Of a stretch of 64,000 nt of DNA, positions 1 through 11,516 are shown one piece after another (within the stretch, counting starts at the first letter, position 1; each line of letters starts with the position of its first letter). The notes under the pieces are model-generated. The model saw only the letters and a list, made by a program, of their open reading frames with translations, was not told the DNA's origin and did no database searches. The DNA lies in NCBI GenBank assembly GCA_039621445.1, contig CP154954.1, positions 16,200,140 through 16,264,139 on the forward strand, read 5' to 3'. The translations under genes were made by a program, and so were the position numbers. The stretch comes from Euglena gracilis. Its lineage: Eukaryota.

Positions 1-379
1 AGTCGGGGGCCAAGCGCCCAGTATGCAATTTGCCCCCCTTTCAATCATGGCTTGGGCAAATCCCCCGGCTGGGGGGGTGTGGCCGATTTGGGCCACAGAA
101 ATGAACCAAGATATTGGCCCGGAGGAGGTCAGGCAGATGGAAGGAGGGGTCCCGGACCTCCCAAGTGAAGTCATCAATGAACATTCACTGGGGAGGGGTA
201 CACTCGGCCGGTGAACCTCACCAGTTTGAGGCTCAGGGGTGAAATTTTGATGTGCCTTTTCTGTTGTGTATATTTTTTTGTTCTTTTTCCACACCCCCTG
301 CTCAGCCTGCAGTCCAATTTTTGGCTGGTCTAGAGGTGACCGCACGTGGACTGGCACGGGGACTTGCACCAGCACCCGC

Positions 380-418
380 ACCGGCACTGGCACTGGCACT
401 GGCACTGGCACGGGCATG
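380..418 (+). repeat. Hexamer tandem repeat (GGCACT)n
   Basis: About five copies, directly visible. Confidence 0.9.
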
Positions 419-1707
419 GGCAATTGCACCGGAACGGGCATGGGTCCACCAGCACTGGCCTTTCCAACACACATCGGTGGGCCCCATTGAATTCTGGCGC
501 TCCTACCTGTGAGGCACCCTCCGGGATGGTGCCTGCGCAGGGAGGGCTGGTCAAGGCCTCGGTGGCACCTTCGAGGGCTGGACACGGCCTCCGGGGCATC
601 CTTCTGCATAGCACTTTGCATGAGGGTGAAGGCCTCAACGGCAACACTTGGGACGGCACCTGCACAGGGGGGGAGGGCTACGCATTGCCACCGGGGCACC
701 CTCTTGGATCACAACGCGGTTGATAGGGCTGGACGCGTCCCCCTCGGCACCCTCCAGATTGGCTCCGGCTCCACGAGGGGGGCTGCTCGAGGCCTCACGG
801 GGGTCCTCTGCTGTGTTCAGCTGGATGTTGGTTGGAGGTTTGGGAAATGGCTGCAAACCCTCCGAAACAAAACGGACCGCCCCGGCAATGGTGCGTCGTC
901 GGCCCCTGGTGCCTGTGGTGTACTGTGCGGCTCTTAGGTGTGGACCTCCTCCTCCACAACCTTGACGATGGGGGCTCCGAGAGGCAGTGTGGGGATGGCC
1001 GCCGGGGTGTTCAGGCACGAGTTGAGATCGCTCATTTGACTGCTTGGAGGTGGAACTGGGGGGATTTGCGGGGGCGGGGGTTGTGGTCGGTGTGGGACAA
1101 AGGTCTGCCAGAACAATGGATTGTTGGCTTGCCTGATGTGTGGGGATGGGTACCTGGGGTTTGGGGGCATGAGCTGACCCTTGGGAGCGCAGGTATTGAA
1201 GCATCTTCCGAAACCAGTTGTGGAACTCCTTGGAGCGGACATCGGAGGCCTGCCACCGGCGTTGCAGGAAGCAGCTCCAGACCGAACAATCGAGTTTCTC
1301 AGGGTAGGGCGACGTTGGCGATGCTCTCTTTGAAGTCCCGCATGTGGGAGAATGTTTTCCTAGCTTGCGATGAAGCGTCCCATCAGCACCGCACCAAGCT
1401 GCGGGCGGGGTCGGTGGTGTCTCACTTGGGGTATGGAAGGGGACTCCTCCTCGCGGTCGAAGAGCGTGGTACGTAGGCGATGATGCGGCAGCGGACACCG
1501 AGGGAGAATACGCCAGCAGGGTCTGTGAGGTCTGGTTGAGGGTCATAAGTAAATTCTTCACAAGTAAGGGTACGTTTTGTGCAAAAGTACATCAATGTGG
1601 TGACCTTTGGCTCAAAGCACTGGTAGGAACAAATCCACGTTTTTGGATTGTGGTCCTGGACCTGACCTGGAAAATCGGTGCACAGGATGCGATTTGGGTG
1701 CTGTGCC

Positions 1708-2016
1708 CAGGGCGGTCCTTAAGGGACAGGAAAGTTTTTTTTTTTTTTTCTTTAAGGAGCGGCTCCAATTGAGCCAAAGGGGCGGGTAAGGGCCAGACTG
1801 GGACTTGTACGGGTCCAAGTATTGAACAGTCAAAAAACACAGTTTTTGATGATTTGGGGGATGGACGATGGTCCAAGGGTGCCAGGAATCATTTTTTTGC
1901 CTGATGTCGACCTGTTCTCACTGTAAATGCCAAAATTTCGCCCATTTTCCTGTGTATTTTTCACTCAGTGTGCTGGCTCAGCGGAGTTTTTTTATATTTG
2001 CTTAAGGACCGCCCTT
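1708..2016. mobile_element. MITE family A (hAT-like)
   Basis: TIR CAGGGCGGTCCTTAAG ... CTTAAGGACCGCCCTT; 8-bp TSD GCTGTGCC (1700-1707, 2017-2024). Confidence 0.9.
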
Positions 2017-2039
2017 GCTGTGCCCAGCGTGTCGGCTTC

Positions 2040-5000
2040 CACAGAAACCCCAGATGAACGCCTGCTCTCTTCTGACAGGGTTCTCCGGCAAGTCTTTGCC
2101 CCGGCCCGCCTCCCAAATATGGCCGCCCCGTTCAGCCTCTTGCAGCAGCTCCCCGGCAAGTCCGACCTGTGGCTGCAGCTGCGCGGCTCCGAAGCGGCTC
2201 GGACTGCGCCCAGACCACATCACGCGGTAGACCCTGAAGATCGTTGCCTGCCACCTTGTGAAGTTGCCTTCATCCCCTGGCCTCGTATCCAATCTTGACC
2301 ATGCACATGGGGGGAAGAAACCCGGTTTTGTGATATTGATTGGAGAGGCACGGGAACTTTTGCTGGACCCCGGCGTGTCCAGCCAGCCAGCCAGCGTCTT
2401 TTCCCAGCCTCGGACCCCGTCCCCTGTATAGCCCGGTTTTAATCTCTGTCCAACCCCCGAAGGGCGGCTGCAGTGTAGTGTATTTTTTCTTCAAATGCAA
2501 AGTGCATGGGTCAAAACGAGGCAAACGGGGAAAATTTTGTAAGAATCGGTCGGATATGGCCTGCCTAGCTCAAAAATTGGTCAAAATCGATTTCTTTTAC
2601 ATGATTTGCAGATGGCTTTTTTCCCTTCAGTTTCGATATTCTTCTAATGCCTGGCTCAACCCCACAACAAGCCAATTCCATCCGGGAGACTCTACGGCAG
2701 AGGGGTTGGTAGCAACATTTCGCTGACCGACATTGTGGCCTGCCCCCGCTCTCCGTCTTGCAGGCTCATCATACTCTCGTCGTGGCAGGAGGCATTGCTG
2801 GCTGACAAATTTGCAAGGGTGGACGGACCCATGAGCGCCAGCGGGAATGCTTTTGAATCGGTCACACCAGCGAAAGATAAAACTGGCAGTAGTTGCCACG
2901 TTCTCGCATGCATTGACGATGTCAAGAGCCACTCTTTTCAGCCACACGTGTGTGCCGTATGATGCAAAAAAGTTAGTCGATGATTTTGGGAAAGCGGCCG
3001 AAACTGGTGAGGTATTTGGGCAATGGGAGGGTGCGTGCTGTCCACAGTCCCCGTGTTTTGGCTGTGGGGTAGCAGCAGAGAGATTCACCCTACCTGAGAT
3101 GGAGGGCAGGTTGCTTTCAATTCAGCGGGCTTTCCGGCCACCTAATATTTAATGTTTCAGACCAGCGCTGCGCAGGCAAGACTGAAAAATGGTCGTATTG
3201 TCATGGTCATAACACTCTGTCCATCCTCTTACGGATCCAGGGGTTTACCGGACGCCCACCCTGTTGTAAGTAAAGCCCTGCTTTCAGGCATTATTTTTTT
3301 AAGTCAAATAACTTGAAACATTTCCAAGGTTTTAAAGCTTTAGGTTTTTTCCCCTTCGGATTTTCTTTCTTTGGGGTTTTCGGTGTTTTAGGATTCTTTA
3401 GACTCAGGATATTTTTTAGGGGCCGCCTGGGCATCAAACGGGGTCCAAAATTACTAAGGTGAAACCCGTTTTCCTCAGTTAGAGTGGTGCCATAAATTCT
3501 TTTTTCCCGGAGTTGGTTTGCTTTTTTGTTTTTCCAACATCATTTTTGCTCGTTCAGAAACAAGCTTTGCCAGAATGATTTCTAAGAGTTTTTTTTTTTA
3601 GAGTTTTAAGGCTTTTTTTAAAATTTTGGCCATTTTTTTCTGTTTTTTTCAGGTTTCCCCAGCACTGTTCCCAAGTCCCGACCCGTCCAAACCTGGGGGC
3701 CCTCTCCCCCCTCGTTCCCCCAAGTCCCCCTACGGCTCCCAGTCCTCTCCTCCGCTGCCGTGGAGCACTATTGGCGGCCTCGATATCAGCCCGCGAGGCC
3801 GGATTACCATGTGATTTTTTGTAAGTTTTGCCTGACATTGGCAGACGTGGATAATTGAACATTGGACAGAGATTCTATTTTGGAACGTTCCAACGTTGCT
3901 GTGCCGGGGGGGTCAGTAGCTGCGTTACACTGCAGGCCCGCGCCTTTGGAGGACAGGGCTGCCAGCTCCCTGCCCGCCCCAGAACCCCTGGCCCCCGGGG
4001 TGCTGGACTGCTGCCCCCGCACTGCGGGCTGCGGCTCGCCAGGGCTCCCCGAGCTGACTGGGCGGCGGGCCTGTCGGCGCCGCTCACCCGCCCGTCCCCG
4101 CACCGTGCTGCCGGATGTGGGGACATGCAGGGTTGCTTATGCCTGCCCTCCCCCTCCTGATTCCTTTTTTTTGGTCTGTTGGTTTGGGGAAACCGATTAA
4201 CCCCTTTTGGCAGGGCGTCTGGTTTCTGGCGTCTGCATTTCTGTTGACGTTGCTTTGTGTGGTTTTGTTTTGGGGGGGAGTTTGTATTTTTGCCCCCAAG
4301 ACCTGATTTGTCCAGCGTACCTCCCGAGTGAGTGCTTGCCACCAAGCACCTATGAAATGACCGGGCGTGAGTGGGCATGACTGGGTCTGGGATTCTGGAT
4401 GACTGTGTGTGCTTGCCTGCTACTCATTCCAGCCAAGCAACTGCATGGGTGGGACTGGCTCACCGGCAGAGCATGGCATTGTCATCGCTGCTGCTGACGT
4501 GCCACTCTCCCACGCACTCCTGCGGCCCGAGGTATATGGCGGCCAGGCAGATGCTCTGACAGACGGGCAACTGATGCCGCGGTGAGGGTCTGCCTGCCTC
4601 TGATCCCCCTCTGATGGGTCCCAGCCTGCCTCCGCCCATGTCGCCCAGGAAGGTGGCAGCCCACCATACGGTGCACAATCCGTACTCCTTTGACGGTCTT
4701 TTGGCAATGTTCAGTTTGCTGTACAGCAGTGTGTGTGTCTGGGGGCGGGGGATGTTCAGCTTTCGTCTAACTCCTGGAGTAAACGACGCGAGTCAAGAAG
4801 GAAAGCGCTCATTTCTTGATTCATCATTTCAATCATTGTTCTGTTCATTTTATTGGATTTCCCATGAAAGTCTTCCACAATTGCACATTTCTGGGTTTTA
4901 GCAGTTGGAAGTTGTCACATTGAGGACTGCAGACCCATTTCAAGGCCGCACTCTTTTTATTCGGTCCTCCAAGGTTTAGGGCCAATAGGTCTTCCTCGTT

Positions 5001-5060
5001 TCTAAACCTGGCCCCAGGACCCTTGCGATGGCCCTCAATGTGTGGTCCACGTGGGCTCGT
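2040..5060 (+). repeat. Older, diverged segmental paralog of 16770-23025
   Basis: Collinear similar blocks: 2075/16778, 2735/17974, 3660/19110, 3950/21480, 4120/21885, 4540/22531, 5015/22975. Confidence 0.85.
2119..2220 (+). CDS. Short conserved exon of an unknown gene family, copy 1 (MAAPFSLLQQLPGKSDLWLQLRGSEAARTAPRPH)
   Basis: Versus the copy at 16826, 10 codons differ: 9 synonymous and 1 L/M. A TGACAG acceptor-like site lies about 40 nt upstream. Confidence 0.7.
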
Positions 5061-6499
5061 GATCGACTCAAAAGTCTGGCAACCCGTACCCAGACTTTCC
5101 CCTCCCTCCTCCCTCCCTCCCTCCCTCCCTCGCTACACTTTTTGTGCACCTGTGCACTTGGGCAGGTGCACCCCCTTATGTACCGTGGTAGCTTCTGTGG
5201 AGATGATTGGAGCTATGCCGTTTCAAAAAGGGGGGGAATGTGACCAGTGACTGAACTGCACATGCAACAACTGAATTCAGCACATTGAAGTGCCTTCTAA
5301 CCTACGGCAAGCAATCCGCGCAAATTATGACAAAAAATCATCCGATTTAGGCATTTTCAGGCAAAAAATGGAAAAAGTGTGAAACGTTCTGACGGGACGC
5401 ACAAAATGGATTATTCTGGTCCGTAACAACGGGGGGTATGGATGTGCTACGTTTTCGTAATCTTTCATGGCGTATCTGTGTCAAAAACTGCCGAACACAA
5501 ACCGGGGGTGACACGTCACGCATTCGGGTCGCGAAACAGTTAACGCACTGGTGGTTTACTGTTGGACATCCGTAGGCCTGCTTTTGTGGAAATCCAGAAG
5601 GTGTCTAGAGGGGATTTGTCAACTTTTTTCTTTTGGCGAACATGCACCTGGTTATGGCGCATCGAATGATCCATAAAATAAAGTGTGGTGTGGCTTGTAT
5701 CAAAAGTTATTAAACCGTCGCCTCATCAGCAAATCCGCTCAGTCGGACCCCTCGAAGGGGTCCGCCGGGACGTACACACGAGCCGCTCTCGGCGGCACCG
5801 TGTCCCGACTGCTGGTGGCCGCCCCACGCCCTGCGGGGTCCGCCGGTACCCACCCGCCCGCCCGCGGAGGTGACTCGTCGCCCGCTGGTGATTCGAATCG
5901 CGACCGTCGAGTCGGTCGCTCAGGCAGGGACCCCTCGGACGAGGACTCGGCAGCCACGGACAACGGCAGATTCGCGGTGCACCACAGCATTAATTAATTT
6001 ATTCTTGATGCGCACAATTGCGCCCACAAAATGCATTCTGCGTGTTCAGGGAGGGAGGGTTTGACCCCCCCATCCTCAAAAACGTTCGTAGTCTCAAACT
6101 TACGAAGCCACAAACATTCAATACCTTCCCATCTACTTTTAGAACACAAGTAATTCCCAAAAGAAATGTGGGGCATGTACAGGTGTACAAACGCCTGTAC
6201 TAATGGGCCACTATTTTCACACGGGACTGAAGGAACTCTTTGTCAGACGCAGTACACGTACAAGGCCTACTGCACATGCCATTTAGGATGAATATGGAAC
6301 AGTTTATACTTTTGATGCGCGCAATTGCGCAAATAAAAAGTATAAATTGTTTCATAAGGTACAACCGTATCACCACACACGTGCACATGTTTTTTTTTAT
6401 TTTTGATGCGCGCAAATGCGCAAATGCTAAGTAACACTTCCGTGTTCCTGAGATATGAATGTTAGCAGGACAACGGTGATAGTGAATAGCCCCCCAAAT

Positions 6500-7953
6500 T
6501 GACTGAGCAACCGCGAGTCTGGCTGCTGCCTCCCCAGGAGCCCTCTCCTGGTGTGGACGGCGGCGACCCAGCACGCTGTCCCAGTGGACCTGGCACAGGT
6601 CCAACTCCGCCTGCGACCGGCGACTGCTGCCAGCCTGCACGTCGTAGCACAGCTGGTCCAGCTCCGTCGCAGCGTCGGCGGAGGGTACCTGGTGCTTCAG
6701 GAGCGTCCGCAGCGCGTACTGCAGCACGTCCTTCAGTGCAGCGTCGAGCGCCAGCAGGGATGGCGGACCCACCCAGCCGTCCGGCCACCGCAGGACCACC
6801 GACTGGTCCTGGGACTCCTCCCCCTCGTCCACGTCGAGGTCCTCGGGCTGCCGTCTCTCCGTGCACAGCCCCTTCACCGACGTGAACGTCACCATCTGGT
6901 GGACCAGGCGGTCGGTGGCGTCCAGCGGTGGGCGCAGCTCACTGCCGTCCAGCAGGTAGTCCAGGTTGCGCAGGCAGTCCGCCACCCCGCCCACTCGCAG
7001 CTCCCGGGCACCGTGGTGCCCCTGCCTCACCAGGAGGTACAGGTCCATCACGTCCTCCACCTCCACCGCCCAGCCTGCTGAGGGTCGCCTCGTTGACCTC
7101 CTCGGAGAAGCAGCAGGCGGGCAGCTGCCGTGCCACCGGTCCCACATCAGCAGCGTGCACGCCAGCGTACGCACGTAGTCCGAGTGGCCGCGCGGCCGGT
7201 GTTCGGGTATCGGTGCCTCCAGGTGGAGCAGCATCATCAGGGCGTTGCACAGCACCTTCCGCGCCTGTCCACCGGTCTGCGGCCGCCGCTCCTCCCAGTG
7301 GCACCCCCGCACCTGCCACCCCAGCGCGAAGCAGGCCGGCGCCCACACCACCAGCAGGTCCTCCAGCGCCTGCGCCACCGCCAGGTCCCGCTCCAGCTCC
7401 TCCAGGGCCTCCACCGCCTGGGCCTCCTTCCGGCGGCAGTCCTCCACCCGCCGGATGCTCTCCATTTCCCCGCTCCCCGACTGCCACGCCCGCTGCATCT
7501 CCACCTCCGGCAGCACGGTGTCCCGACACCGTCGCAGGTTCCGGGTCATCCGTCGGAGGCGGGCGCGGCGGTCCGTCGGCTTCATCAGCATGGCGCCGAC
7601 CCACATCTCCAGCGCCTGCTTGGGGACCACTGCTCGCCCGGCGCCATCGTGCCCCGCTGCAGGAACAGGAACAGCGGCAGCAGGCGGCGGTACAGCACGT
7701 ACAGCACCTGCTTGTACGCGTGCCACACGCCGTACAGCGGGGGCAGCTGCCGCAGCGCCTCGCTCGCGTCCCACCTCTGGCACTCCCGCCCGTACACCAC
7801 CTTCAGCTGGCGGTACCAGAGGCTGATGTCCACCAGCAGGGGCAGCGGGGCCTTCAAGCGGGACAACACGTCACCCTTCAGGAAGCGGAGGACCTTCAGC
7901 ATCCCCACCTGAGAGGAGATCCGGTCGTCCGTCAGCATGAAGGGGCGCCACAC
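6500..7953 (-). pseudogene. Frameshifted copy of the main transposase exon
   Basis: Mirror of 47879-49400 broken into ORFs 7585-7953 and 6200-7783, with deletions relative to the right arm (GPKGET, DRRWM and GSMQQHPEA segments). Confidence 0.9.
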
Positions 7954-8410
7954 CGGGCACCGGGCGTTCTCTCAACGGCATCAGAGTCACCGCCTTCTGG
8001 GTGAAACCAACTTCGTAGTCACACAACCGATACAAAACAAAGGGTAAACTGATTCGATGCGCTCATTTGCGCAAATGCGCGCATCAAATCAGTTTACAAA
8101 CGTTAATCAGATACAGGGTAAGGTCCGGTACCTTGGCTGATTTAAAATTGCACCTGCGCGCAAATGTGCAAATCAAATTGAACCAACAGTACAAAAGAGA
8201 ACTTTGCACGAAACACTGCTGTATCACCGAAGACTAATTCAAAACATGTAATGCAGAGTAATGTGGGCGTGTTTGCGCGCATGTCGGTGTAATTCAGTTC
8301 TCTTCAGCTGACAGGCACCCATTTCCCACCAACACATCAACACCAACATAAGCAGTTGTTCTGTCCCCTCATCCCATTGACCTGCACAGGCTGTTCCAAA
8401 AAAAAATCAG

Positions 8411-9644
8411 TCATTCTGATGTTCGGGGCACGCCCAGCGGTACGCGCAGCTCGTGCGCCTCCAGCGGGCGTGCGCTGATCTCCGAGACCAGCTCCAGGAA
8501 CGCCGGCAGGTCGCTCCGCACCAGCCGTGCGGACACCCGGTGGATGCGGCCCAGCAGCTGCTCCAGCGATGGGTACCCCAGGTACTCCGGGATGGCGTCC
8601 ACCGCCATCCGCATCATGGCCATCACGCAGCAGTCGTGGGTGCGGATCACCATCCGGGGGTTCGACGTCCTGGCCCTCTTCCAGAAGTTGTCGAACCACA
8701 GGACCAGACAATTGCTTAAGCACTGTCCCACCCCCCCCGGGGGGGTGGGTGACTGGTTTTTTCAGAGTGACTGACTGGTTTTGGGCCCGGACCCCCTCCC
8801 CCCCCCCGGGGGGGGGTCGGCCAGGAGTGGGCAAAAGTGGCTTGAGTGACCCCGGCGCCGAAGGCGCCGGAAAATTTTTTTTGGCCTAAAATGGCCTAAA
8901 GTGACTGGAAAGTGGCCGTTTTTCTGAGTGGCCGACCCCCCCCCCCCGGGGGGGTAGTGACTGGCTGGTTTTTTGAAAATGAGTGAGTGACTGGTTTTTA
9001 AAAAAGTGGAGTGACCCCCCCCCTCCCCCCCCCGGGGGTCGGTAAGCAATTGTATGCACAGGACGCAGCTCCGCCCCTCCGACTGCTGCCACAGGTCCTC
9101 CAGCCGCTCACAGGCCCGCTGCCGCCGCCACTGCCGGTTCCACATCGGCCCCTCCGGCAGGATCCCACTGGGCCGCAGCAGCCGGCTGGCCGCCCGGTGC
9201 CTGGCCAGCAGTGCCTCGTGCTCCTCCGCCGCCACCCGCTGCGCCGACCGCGGGCAGGCGTGCTGCCGCATCGCCCGGTACACCGCCCAGGCGTCCTTGA
9301 GCAGCAGCTCAATCCGCGGCCGCCGCAGCTCCCGGGCCAGCTCCTCCAGCAGCGCCGCGCCCCCCTCCGTCCGCAGCGGCACCCGGGTGTGGGCCACCTG
9401 CACCACCAGGGTCTGCAGCGGGTGGCCGCGCTGCACCACCGCCGCCACGAACTCCTCGTAGCTGGTGGCGAAGTGGGCCTTCACCAGCTGGCCCAGCACC
9501 TTCCTGGCCTCCGCGGCCAAGGCGGCCTCCTCGCTGTAGCCCTCGTAGCCACGGCGACGGGAGTGGGTGCTGCTGGCCTGCAAGGACTCCATTCAGTCGT
9601 CCCCAGGTCTGCCGGCACGCCGCCTTTTCGCCACCACCTCAAAT
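8411..9644 (-). pseudogene. Transposase exon copy split by a 352-bp MITE
   Basis: ORFs 8762-9592 and 8411-8731 together reproduce the protein of 46607-47419, with the insertion at GRSCVL|WFDNF. Confidence 0.9.
8705..9056. mobile_element. MITE family B (hAT-like), left arm only
   Basis: TIR CAGACAATTGCTTA ... TAAGCAATTGTATG; perfect 8-bp TSD CACAGGAC (8697-8704, 9057-9064); empty site in the right arm at about 47126-47133. Confidence 0.95.
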
Positions 9645-11132
9645 CTGTTAACTTCACACCCCCGTTGTCGCCACCCTGTCCACATCACTCATACAGACAC
9701 ATTACACGCTACACGTCCCACAATCCTGTGTGTCATTTCTTTTATTTGGAACTGTTTGCGCGCGCAAAATGTGCAAGTCAACAAACAAAAAAGCACACAT
9801 TAATACACCGCTGTACCCTGCCTGGCCTCCCCCATGTACGTCAACTCCAGACAGGGGACACCGGCCATACACCACCATAGAGCCTTAGCCACCCAGCACG
9901 CAACACACACTCTCAAATGGTGAGCAGCGTAGCTTCCCATGGGTCATAGCGTTTCCACCAGCCATACAAATCACACCCCCACTGACACAACGAGTGACTG
10001 ACAACGTGCAGGTCAATAGACTGGCAGCACAACGACCTCTGGGTCGTTAAACAACCACTTTTCATTTCTGACACAATCTGGGGCGTCAACCACCCTCTCA
10101 GCAGCACAGTCAATCACAGTAGGAATAATCGTTTGATGCGCGCATTTGTGCAAGTGTGCAGAGCGCCACAAACAAAATTTATTCCGTACACCAATTAGAA
10201 GGTTCCAGTCACCGGGCATTTCTTCGTCCTTGTCCAAAACAGGGGTGTGTCATGGCACCCAACACACCATCACAATAATTTCGAAATTCATCAAAGGTGT
10301 CTGATTTCATCGCCCGGCAAACGTTCAGTATCCACAGGTCACATTTGGACACCCAAAAGTCAAAAAACGTACGCCGTCAGATCTGGCCAGTTGGGTGCCG
10401 CGGGTGGTGTGGGGTGGAAGAGGGTGTCGGCGGGTGTCCCACGGACAGTGTGCAGACAACCATCTGCGGAGAGGGAGAGGTACAAATGGTCGCGTGCCCG
10501 TTCGGTCGAGAAGTCAAGTTTGTACTCGAAGGGGTTCAAATTGCCCAGCCCTAACGAGTTCCGTCCGCGATCACAATTTTTTTTTTTGGCAGGCAGGGTA
10601 CAGGGTCCCAGGGGTTTCAAAAAAATGGTCCATTTGCGCAAATGCGCCCATCCTAAAGGGAAAACCCTTAAGTGCGAATTCGGCTGCCTAAGCCCCGGCC
10701 CAGAACCAAAAATTGTCATTGTTTAAAAAAAATAATGTGAAATGCAATTTTTTTTGTCCCCCCAATTTTTCTGGCGCTTTGAGCAAAAAAAAATTGTTTG
10801 TTCGGGGGAGGGGGGTCCTGACTATACCATTGCTTAAGGTTTGTCTGACCCCCAGGGGGGTGATTGGCTGGTTTTTAGGAGTGGTTTTTGGCTCCAGGCG
10901 CCCCCCCTCCCCCCCGGGAGATTGGCCACGAATGCCCGAAAGTGGCCACCCGACGCGGAAGCCACGGGAACTTTTTTTTTGAAGTTTTTGGCCTTTTCGG
11001 CCCGAGTGCCCCTGTGTGCACTGTGGCTGTTTGTTTGGTGCCTTTTATCCCTTCTTCTGTTCCCTTCTTCTGGCTGTTTTTCGCCTCTGAACCTTTTGTC
11101 TGTGTACGTGGAGGTGGCCGGAGCCTGGCGGG

Positions 11133-11516
11133 CAGGCTTTTGCTTAAGGGATTGCAGTACCCCCCCCCCCGGGGGGGCTGGACTGCAGCTAGTCCAAATT
11201 TGGCTAGTGGGTTTTCTAGCAGACCCCCCCCTGGGGTCTGGCAAAATTTTTTTTGGGACCCCCAAAAATGGCCAAAAATGCCCGTTTTTGGCCATTTTTG
11301 GGAATTTTTGGAACAAAATCAGCCAAAAACCTGTTAAAAACCTCATTTTTCCTCCGGCGCAGCGCCGGAGGAAAATTTTTTTCCAGTCCGGGGGACCCCC
11401 GGACCCCCCCCCCCCCCCCCGGGGGGGGGGGGGTCTAGCTAGTCCACTTTTACCAGTGTCTAGCCGATTGCCTAGCCAGTACCCCCCCCCCCGGGGAGTC
11501 CTTAAGCAAAAGCCTG
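11133..11516. mobile_element. MITE family C
   Basis: Perfect 17-bp TIR CAGGCTTTTGCTTAAGG; TSD CTGGCGGG (11125-11132, 11517-11524). Confidence 0.93.

Larger units (their letters stand above)
5217..10690 (-). mobile_element. Truncated inverted copy of the large transposon (left TIR plus transposase region; lacks the ParB-like gene and right TIR)
   Basis: TIR CTTAAGTGCGAATTCGGCTGCCTAAG at about 10667-10692. Homology to 45491-50691 stops at 5217. Confidence 0.85.
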
